From NCBI RefSeq assembly GCF_000020385.1, contig NC_010814.1, positions 930,001 through 962,000 on the forward strand: a stretch of 32,000 bases of DNA. Direction: 5' to 3'. How positions within the stretch are numbered: the first letter of the stretch is position 1; each line of letters starts with the position of its first letter. A program made the translations under genes and the position numbers. The DNA comes from Trichlorobacter lovleyi SZ (GTDB lineage: Bacteria; Desulfobacterota; Desulfuromonadia; Geobacterales; Pseudopelobacteraceae). Positions 25,101 to 31,038 of the stretch are shown piece after piece. The notes under the pieces were generated by a model, which worked only from the letters and a program-made list of their open reading frames with translations, was not told the origin of the DNA and made no database searches.

Positions 25101-25298
25101 CTGCCGCTGGAGGAGCTTAAGCCGCTTGCCTGCCGGCAGCTGGACCGGAATAGCGAATGTTCCGGCAACTCCTGTCCGCTCCATCCCGCATCGATCATGC
25201 AGATGCATTTATCAAATCTACAAGAGGTTTTATCAAAAGGATATATGCAGGTAGAACAGCTGATGCAGGTCGTGCTGCAACCGACTGATGTCACTTGA
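22179..25298 (+). CDS. Three-domain fusion: radical SAM domain + ArsM-like SAM-dependent methyltransferase + C-terminal Cys-rich domain (1039 aa)
   Basis: Radical SAM CxxxCxxC at C91/C95/C98 ([15 protein letters not shown]) with LTGGEPL. ArsM-like block YGCGSP...[30 protein letters not shown]...[39 protein letters not shown]...ECIAGAM (about aa 470-690). C-terminal about aa 777-1010: CLVC...CHYC...C..[9 protein letters not shown]...[14 protein letters not shown]...[14 protein letters not shown]. Confidence 0.8.
   Translation: [1039 protein letters not shown]
25208..25237. promoter_or_regulatory. Two direct TTTATCAAA repeats spaced 21 bp (candidate UAS for the internal sigma-54 promoter)
   Basis: 25208-25216 and 25229-25237. 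TTATCAA is the reverse complement of the TTGATAA core found at the other two sigma-54 promoters. The midpoint of the pair is 87 bp from the GG of the 25308 promoter. It lies within the AT-rich last ~30 codons of the 1039-aa ORF. Confidence 0.4.
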
Positions 25299-25307
25299 TT
25301 AACTGGA

Positions 25308-25323
25308 TGGCATGGAGGTTGCT
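25308..25323 (+). promoter_or_regulatory. Sigma-54 promoter (internal to the operon)
   Basis: TGGCATggaggTTGCT, 10 nt after the stop of the 1039-aa ORF and about 124 nt upstream of ATG 25447. Confidence 0.75.
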
Positions 25324-25446
25324 CTGTCAGGTATGACAGCCATGAGCGGTTGTTTCTGTCCGTTCAGGGCAACCCGGCCTTCAGCTGCCGGACGGCCCAC
25401 GGGGACGTGGAGCGCGTGACCAATTACCGAGGGGAAAGGAACCATC

Positions 25447-25797
25447 ATGTTCAAAAGCAAATTTGAGGATAACGAGTTGACCATCCTCATAGAGGAGCCC
25501 GTTCAAAAGGAGCTCATGTTTCGTGGGATCAATCCGGTTGAAGTCTGTCGCCTGATCGAGAGTTTCTCCTCCAAGATCATGGCGTCCAAAAAGGATGAGC
25601 AGATTCAGATCACCAATGAAGATACCAAGGCCAGTCTGGCGCTGGATGTCAAATGGGAGACGGAAAACAAGGTGTCGGTCCAGGTCTCGATTGTCAACCT
25701 GGATGACCTGACCCTTCAGGAGAAGCCTAAATCCAAGGTGGATCTGGCGGATTTTCCGGCCGGGCCGCTTCCGTTTGATGCACCGGCAGAGCAGTAG
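25447..25797 (+). CDS. Small hypothetical protein (116 aa), paralog 1 of an unrecognised family
   Basis: AAAGGAA RBS. Clearly paralogous to 26802-27095 (KFEDNELTILIEEPVQKELMFRG...LIESFSSKIM...LALDVKWE...VSIVNLDD versus KYEFGDLRVIFGEGVKEDLMARG...LVESFGNKLL...ILLDMQWE...VQQVNLDN). Confidence 0.7.
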   Translation: MFKSKFEDNELTILIEEPVQKELMFRGINPVEVCRLIESFSSKIMASKKDEQIQITNEDTKASLALDVKWETENKVSVQVSIVNLDDLTLQEKPKSKVDLADFPAGPLPFDAPAEQ

Positions 25798-25823
25798 GCC
25801 GGATTGCACGGGAGGCTATCTGC

Positions 25824-26603
25824 GTGCGTAATGCCGTTGTCATCTTTACCAAGGTCCCCTGCGCAGGAACGGCCAAAACGCGGCTGACCACTGAGCGGGG
25901 CGGTATCTTGAGCCAGGAGGAGGCAAAGGAGTTTTATCAGGCCTGCCTGCTGGATGTGCTTGAAAGCTGCCTGAAGGCCGACTGCTGCGACCTGTATATC
26001 TGTTATGACGCTGCAGGTGATGGCGCCTATCTGGAGCAGCTGGTGGAAACCGTTGCGCCAGCAGGGCGGGTCAGGGAACTCTTTCGTGACCAAGGCGAAA
26101 GCTTTGACAAAGGGATGCAGTATGCCGTGGATTGCATCCTGAAAAACGGTTCGCCGGAACGGCTGGCCGATGCCGTGGTGATCCTGGGCGGCGATATGCC
26201 GACGCTGCAGCCGCAGACGCTGCGGACGGCCTTCCAGCGGCTGGAGCAGCTGGCACGGCAGGACTCTGCGCTGGTGATCTCGGCTGATCAGGAGTGCGGC
26301 TTCAATATCATCGGCTACACCCACGGCACCCCCTTCAGGTTTGACGAGGTCTTTTACAACCGGCTCGGTGTCACGGCGCTGGATATGATCGCCATCAGGG
26401 CCGTGGAACAAGAGATTCCGGTCGCCCTGCTGGAGACCGTGCCGGATGTTGATCTGGTTCCGGACTTTGCCCACCTGCTGACCCTGTTGAAGACGATGCA
26501 ACTGGCACACAGACATGACAGCAGCATGCAGCTGCCCCACAGGACCATCAATGTCTTGGCGGAACTGGGCTATGAGGCAGCAGCCTTTCCGGCCGCCGGT
26601 TAA
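25824..26603 (+). CDS. DUF2064-like (MobA/CofC-like fold) protein, paralog B
   Basis: GTG start after GGGAGG. About half the residues are identical by eye to 18442-19230 (VVIFTKVPCAGTAKTRLTTERGGIL, VVILGGDMPTLQP, VPDVDLVPD). Confidence 0.7.
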   Translation: MRNAVVIFTKVPCAGTAKTRLTTERGGILSQEEAKEFYQACLLDVLESCLKADCCDLYICYDAAGDGAYLEQLVETVAPAGRVRELFRDQGESFDKGMQYAVDCILKNGSPERLADAVVILGGDMPTLQPQTLRTAFQRLEQLARQDSALVISADQECGFNIIGYTHGTPFRFDEVFYNRLGVTALDMIAIRAVEQEIPVALLETVPDVDLVPDFAHLLTLLKTMQLAHRHDSSMQLPHRTINVLAELGYEAAAFPAAG

Positions 26604-26620
26604 TCCAAAAACGGTAATGA

Positions 26621-26747
26621 GCCACAGAGGGTACGGAGAAACACAGAGAACTGTAAAGAAATCAGTCTTTAGCGTCTGCTCTCCGTAGGAATCAACCCGA
26701 TGGTCGTATTTTCAGTTTTCCTCTGAGACCTCTGTGATCTCTGTGGC
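26621..26747. repeat. Palindromic CCACAGAG-type intergenic element (REP/MITE-like)
   Basis: gccacagagggtacggagaaacacagaga (left) versus the reverse complement of the right end, gccacagagatcacagaggtctcagag. The antisense ORF translates to the junk-like PQRSQRSQRK. Confidence 0.55.
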
Positions 26748-26801
26748 AACTGTTTTTGATAGGTTACTACGCTTACACACAACGAAAGGAAGGGAACAGC
26801 G

Positions 26802-27095
26802 ATGAAAAAGACAAAATACGAATTCGGGGATCTGCGGGTTATCTTCGGTGAAGGGGTTAAAGAAGATCTTATGGCGCGGGGCAAGGAGGTCTTTATTGAT
26901 GAGATCCACCGGCTGGTTGAGAGTTTCGGCAACAAACTGCTGATGACCAAGGCAGCCGGTCCGATCGATTTCACCAACAAGACCTCGGGGATCAGCATCC
27001 TGCTGGATATGCAGTGGGAATCCGATGATTCAGCAGTGGTGTATGTGCAGCAGGTGAATCTGGATAATCCGCAGCCGGCTGCGGTTGTCGAGTAG
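26802..27095 (+). CDS. Small hypothetical protein (97 aa), paralog 2
   Basis: GAAAGGAAGGGA RBS. Paralogous to 25447-25797. Confidence 0.7.
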   Translation: MKKTKYEFGDLRVIFGEGVKEDLMARGKEVFIDEIHRLVESFGNKLLMTKAAGPIDFTNKTSGISILLDMQWESDDSAVVYVQQVNLDNPQPAAVVE

Positions 27096-27114
27096 CCCAG
27101 GGTATTCTTTGTTG

Positions 27115-27149
27115 GACAGGCCGACCACAGGTAGTGGCCGGCCTGTCCG
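27115..27149. terminator. Strong hairpin between convergent operons (bidirectional terminator candidate)
   Basis: ggacaggccgaccac / gtggccggcctgtcc, 14 of 15 bp paired, 5-nt loop. Lies between stop 27095 (+) and stop 27161 (-). Confidence 0.6.
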
Positions 27150-27160
27150 GTAGTTGGCTG

Positions 27161-27658
27161 TTATAAGGTAAACCGTTCACCGCAGTCGCTGCTGTCTCCA
27201 CGGATCTTTTCCACGGCATGTCCGATCACCTGCCAGACCGCTTCAAGATTTTCCACCGCCCCTTTCGGGCTGCCGGGCAGGTTGATGATCAGGCTCTGTG
27301 CCCTGATGCCCACCACCGCCCGCGACAGGGCTGCCATCCTGGTTTTTTCCATGCTGCGCAGGCGCATCAGCTCGGCCATGCCCGGTATCAGGCGGGTAAC
27401 CACCTGCATGGTGGCCTCAGGTGTCACATCCCGGGGGGAGACCCCGGTTCCGCCGGTGGTAAGGATCAGGTCGGCGGTATCGCTATCGGCCCAGGCGGTC
27501 AGCCTGGCAATGATCTGCTGATATTCATCCGCGATCACCTCGGCGGCAACGGTAGTTACCCCCCGCTCAGCCAGCCAGGCGCTCAGGGCAGGGCCGCTGG
27601 CATCGACCCGCTCACCCCGTGCCCCTTTGTCGCTCAAGGTCAGAATGGCCGCCCTCAT
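27161..27658 (-). CDS. moaB: Molybdenum cofactor biosynthesis protein MoaB/MogA family
   Basis: ILTLSDKG...LILTTGGTGVSPRDVTPEA...INLPGSPKG motifs. 4-bp overlap with moaC. Confidence 0.85.
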   Translation of the reverse strand: MRAAILTLSDKGARGERVDASGPALSAWLAERGVTTVAAEVIADEYQQIIARLTAWADSDTADLILTTGGTGVSPRDVTPEATMQVVTRLIPGMAELMRLRSMEKTRMAALSRAVVGIRAQSLIINLPGSPKGAVENLEAVWQVIGHAVEKIRGDSSDCGERFTL

Positions 27659-28137
27659 GCTGCCTCCTCCCGGCGATACAGGCCGCTTTTACCACCTTCT
27701 TTATAGAGCAGCCGGATGTTTGCAATGCTGATGGATTTGTCGGTCCCTTTGCACATGTCGTAGATGGTCAGGGCGGCAACCGCTGCGCCGGTCATCGCCT
27801 CCATCTCAACCCCGGTCCGTTCAAAGGCCCGTACGGTGCAGCGTGCCTGAATCCTGCAGGCTGCCGGGTCCTGATCAAACTCGATTGAGACCGAGTGCAG
27901 GGAAAGCGGATGGGAAAGCGGAATCAGGTCGTCGGTCTTCTTGGCTGCCATGATGCCGGCCAGACGTGCCACCCCCAGCACATCCCCCTTGGATACGCTC
28001 TTCCGGGCAATGGCGGCCAGCAGTTCTGCAGACATGATCACATCGGCAGCTGCCGTGGCGGTCCGCATGGTCTCCTGCTTGCTGCTGACATCCACCATGA
28101 CCGCATGGCCCTGTTCATCAAAGTGGTTAAAGTTCAT
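27655..28137 (-). CDS. moaC: Cyclic pyranopterin monophosphate synthase MoaC
   Basis: MVDVSSK..T.R.A.A, GDVLGVARLAGIMAAKKT.DLIPLSHPL, TGVEMEAMTGAAVAALTIYDMCK. Confidence 0.9.
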   Translation of the reverse strand: MNFNHFDEQGHAVMVDVSSKQETMRTATAAADVIMSAELLAAIARKSVSKGDVLGVARLAGIMAAKKTDDLIPLSHPLSLHSVSIEFDQDPAACRIQARCTVRAFERTGVEMEAMTGAAVAALTIYDMCKGTDKSISIANIRLLYKEGGKSGLYRREEAA

Positions 28138-28172
28138 CTGTATGACTCCTTCTGTTTCAGTTTTTTGATTCG

Positions 28173-28802
28173 TCAGCGCTGGGCTGTCACCAGTTTGACG
28201 GCCAGTGCGGCAAAGATCGTCCCTGCGATACGGTTCAGCAGCTTCTGGGCCCCGGCCGACTGACGGAAGCGGTCCCCCAGGGCTCCGGCCAGCAGGCTGA
28301 CGCTGCTGAAGACCAGGATGGTTGCCACGATGAACAGCCCGCCCAGCAGCAGAAGCTGCAGTGACAGGGGCCCCTTGGCCGGGTCGGTAAACTGGGGCAG
28401 AAATGCCAGAAAAAAGATCGAGACCTTGGGGTTAGTGATGTTCATGATGATACCGCGTCGGTAGAGCGTCCCCAGGCTCAGGCGGTCGACTCTGGCGGCG
28501 GCCCCCTGCTGTGTCCCGGCCCGGAACGACTGCCAGGCCAGCCAGGCCAGATAGGCGGCCCCCACAACCTTGAGCAGGGTAAATGCCAGTGCGGACTGGG
28601 CATAGACTGCTGCCAGCCCGAAGGTGACGGCGGCGGTATGCACCAGCAGGCCGGTGCAGAGCCCCAGAGTCACCAGCAGCCCCGCTTTTCTGCCCTGCTG
28701 GGCAGCCTGGGCCAGCACAAACAGGATGTCCGGCCCCGGCGCCAGGCCCAGCAGGACCGAGGTGGTAAAGAACAGGATCAGTTGCTGCGGTTCAATCATC
28801 AT
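28173..28802 (-). CDS. LysE/RhtB-family amino-acid-type exporter
   Basis: 209 aa, about 6 TM segments, N-terminal LGLAPGPDILFVLAQAAQQGRKAG signature. Confidence 0.8.
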   Translation of the reverse strand: MMIEPQQLILFFTTSVLLGLAPGPDILFVLAQAAQQGRKAGLLVTLGLCTGLLVHTAAVTFGLAAVYAQSALAFTLLKVVGAAYLAWLAWQSFRAGTQQGAAARVDRLSLGTLYRRGIIMNITNPKVSIFFLAFLPQFTDPAKGPLSLQLLLLGGLFIVATILVFSSVSLLAGALGDRFRQSAGAQKLLNRIAGTIFAALAVKLVTAQR

Positions 28803-28835
28803 CTTTTGCCTCCGCGGGAACTGTTTTTCCCGGGC

Positions 28836-31031
28836 TCATTTCTTACCACTGTCAACAGCCTGCAGGCAACAGGGAATGCCGTTGTAGGTGGCGGTACCGA
28901 TCAGCGGATCTGCCGTTGCATAGTCGGCGCTGGTCAGCAGATTGGCGTTGGCCAGCCACAGTCCGCCCAGTTCCGGCTCGGCGGCCTTCTTCTCAGGGTA
29001 CCACCAGCCATACTCGACACTGACCACGTCATCGCACATCTCGGAGATCTTGAGTGTAAAGCAGGCAGTTCCCTTTTCGGTGGTAACCCGGACGGGTGTA
29101 CCTTCTGCCAGGCCGAGCTTGTGGGCAGTTGCCCGGCTCACCTCGGCCCAGGGCTCGGGATGCAGCTTGCGCAACCCCTCAAGCTGATGAAAGCTGGAGG
29201 CGTAGTAGGGGTGATACCTGGCCCCGGTGATCAGGGAAAGCGGATACTGCTCGTCAACAGCCGCCACCGGTTTGGGGACCGGCAACGGTTCTGCCCCGAG
29301 TCCGGCAAGCAGCTCGCTGTACAGCTCAATCTTGCCGGTTGTGGTGGCAAATCCGGCGGCCTTGCCGGTGGCCGGATCGATTCTTTCGTGTTTTTCGTAC
29401 TCCTCCGGCAGCGTGTACAGGCCATGACGGCTGAAGGTCTCCCAGTCAACCCCGGTTGGGGCAAGGGTGGCCTCAAGGCTGTCCTCGAAGCTCTGCCAGG
29501 GCCAGTCTTCCTGCTGACCCAGCCGGCGCCCCAGTCCCTGCCAGAAATCAAAGTCAGGCCGCCGTTCGTAGTACGGTTCCACCGCCTTGGCGCCGCCGTA
29601 GGCCAGGTTGGCGGTGCCGGCCTTGGTCTCGAACAGGGCCCGCTCCAGCACACCGGCACTGGGTAGCAGGTAGTCGGCCAGCATGGCTGTCGGGGTCTGG
29701 AACAGTTCCAGCACCACCAGCAGATCCAGGCTCTTGAGTGCCTGGTAGACCAGGCTGGTATCCGCCTGGGTCAAGAGCGGGTTGGTGGCCATGACAATCA
29801 TGGAGCGGATCGGGTAGGGTCGGTCGGTCAGCATCGCCTGCCAGACCAGGTTGGGTTGCGTCGAGGTCAGGTAGCGCATCGGCAACCGTTTGTCCTGTTT
29901 GCTGGTCAGCTTTCTGATCTGTTCGTAGCCGTGATAGCTCTGCAGCTTCAGCTGGCCGAGCTGCTTCCTGCGTTGTGTCTCCAAAAACCGGTCACTCAGC
30001 TCCAACTCAAGCTCTGGTATGAAGTCAGGCATCCCGGTGATGCAGGAGGCCCCTTTGCGGTCAATATTGCCGGTGATGGCCCGCAGAATATCAAGGGAGT
30101 GATGAAGCGGCACGCTGTTCCGGCCGATCTGGTCGATACCCCGTCCGGTAAACAGCGCAGAGGGACACTGCAGGGCGTACAGACGGGCTACCTCCAGTAG
30201 CTGCTCCGCTGGTATGCCGGTGGCCTCTGCAACGTAGCCGGGAGTGTAGTGTTGCAGGTGTCCGGCCAGCCTGGCAAAGCCGTGGCACCAGGCCTCCACA
30301 AAGGGGGCGTCGTACCAGCGGTTCTGGATGATGGCCTGGACGAGTCCCAGGGCGAGCACCGCATCGGTACCGGGCCGGACCGGGAGCCAGTGGGTTGCCA
30401 GCTCAGCCGTCCTGGTGCGGCGGGGATCGACCACGATCAGCGGTTTGCCGGTCCGGCTGTACTGCTGGATCCTGTGCCACAGCAGTGAGTTGTCGGATTC
30501 GGCGTGGTTTGCCCCCCACAACATCAGGCAGCCGGTCAGGTCAGGTTCCAGCTCGTTATCGAGGGGCCAGCCGTAGCTGATCGCATGCAGCAGGGTGCCG
30601 GGGTTCCAGCAGATCTGGCCGATACCGACATTGTTGGGACTGCCGAAGAGGGTCATGAAACGGTGCAGGGGCCAGTAGACGGCATGGGGGCCGCCGATGC
30701 AGGTGGCCAGGGTTTCCGGCCCGAACTGTTCCTTCAGCCCGGCCAGCTTTTCCGCAATCTCGTCCAGGGCCTGGTCCCAGCTGATCCGATGCCACTGGCC
30801 GCTGCCCCGTTCACCAACCCGTTTCAGGGGGTAGTTGACGCGGTCAGGGTGGTCCAGAAACTGCGGTGCCATCCGCCAGCGATGGCAGCCGTGCTGAATA
30901 CGTTCATCACCCGGATACTGGGTCGGGTCCGGGGCAACCCCGGTCACTCTGCCGTTTTCCACGGTGGCGGTCAGGCCGCATTGATAGCCGCAAAAGCGGC
31001 AGTTTGTCTTTACTGTCTGTGGCATGGTCAT
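28836..31031 (-). CDS. Molybdopterin (bisPGD) oxidoreductase, cytoplasmic, canonical N-terminal 4Fe-4S motif
   Basis: 731 aa. C11-x2-C14-x3-C18...C49 (NCRFCGYQCG...HGC). No Tat signal. Typical DMSO-reductase-family blocks. Confidence 0.85.
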   Translation of the reverse strand: MTMPQTVKTNCRFCGYQCGLTATVENGRVTGVAPDPTQYPGDERIQHGCHRWRMAPQFLDHPDRVNYPLKRVGERGSGQWHRISWDQALDEIAEKLAGLKEQFGPETLATCIGGPHAVYWPLHRFMTLFGSPNNVGIGQICWNPGTLLHAISYGWPLDNELEPDLTGCLMLWGANHAESDNSLLWHRIQQYSRTGKPLIVVDPRRTRTAELATHWLPVRPGTDAVLALGLVQAIIQNRWYDAPFVEAWCHGFARLAGHLQHYTPGYVAEATGIPAEQLLEVARLYALQCPSALFTGRGIDQIGRNSVPLHHSLDILRAITGNIDRKGASCITGMPDFIPELELELSDRFLETQRRKQLGQLKLQSYHGYEQIRKLTSKQDKRLPMRYLTSTQPNLVWQAMLTDRPYPIRSMIVMATNPLLTQADTSLVYQALKSLDLLVVLELFQTPTAMLADYLLPSAGVLERALFETKAGTANLAYGGAKAVEPYYERRPDFDFWQGLGRRLGQQEDWPWQSFEDSLEATLAPTGVDWETFSRHGLYTLPEEYEKHERIDPATGKAAGFATTTGKIELYSELLAGLGAEPLPVPKPVAAVDEQYPLSLITGARYHPYYASSFHQLEGLRKLHPEPWAEVSRATAHKLGLAEGTPVRVTTEKGTACFTLKISEMCDDVVSVEYGWWYPEKKAAEPELGGLWLANANLLTSADYATADPLIGTATYNGIPCCLQAVDSGKK

Positions 31032-31038
31032 AATCAGA

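Noticed and set aside
159-31031. Selenocysteine (in-frame TGA) recoding in the two molybdopterin oxidoreductases or the radical SAM proteins.
   Set aside because: All these ORFs are continuous with no internal stop, so there is no evidence of recoding or a SECIS element here.
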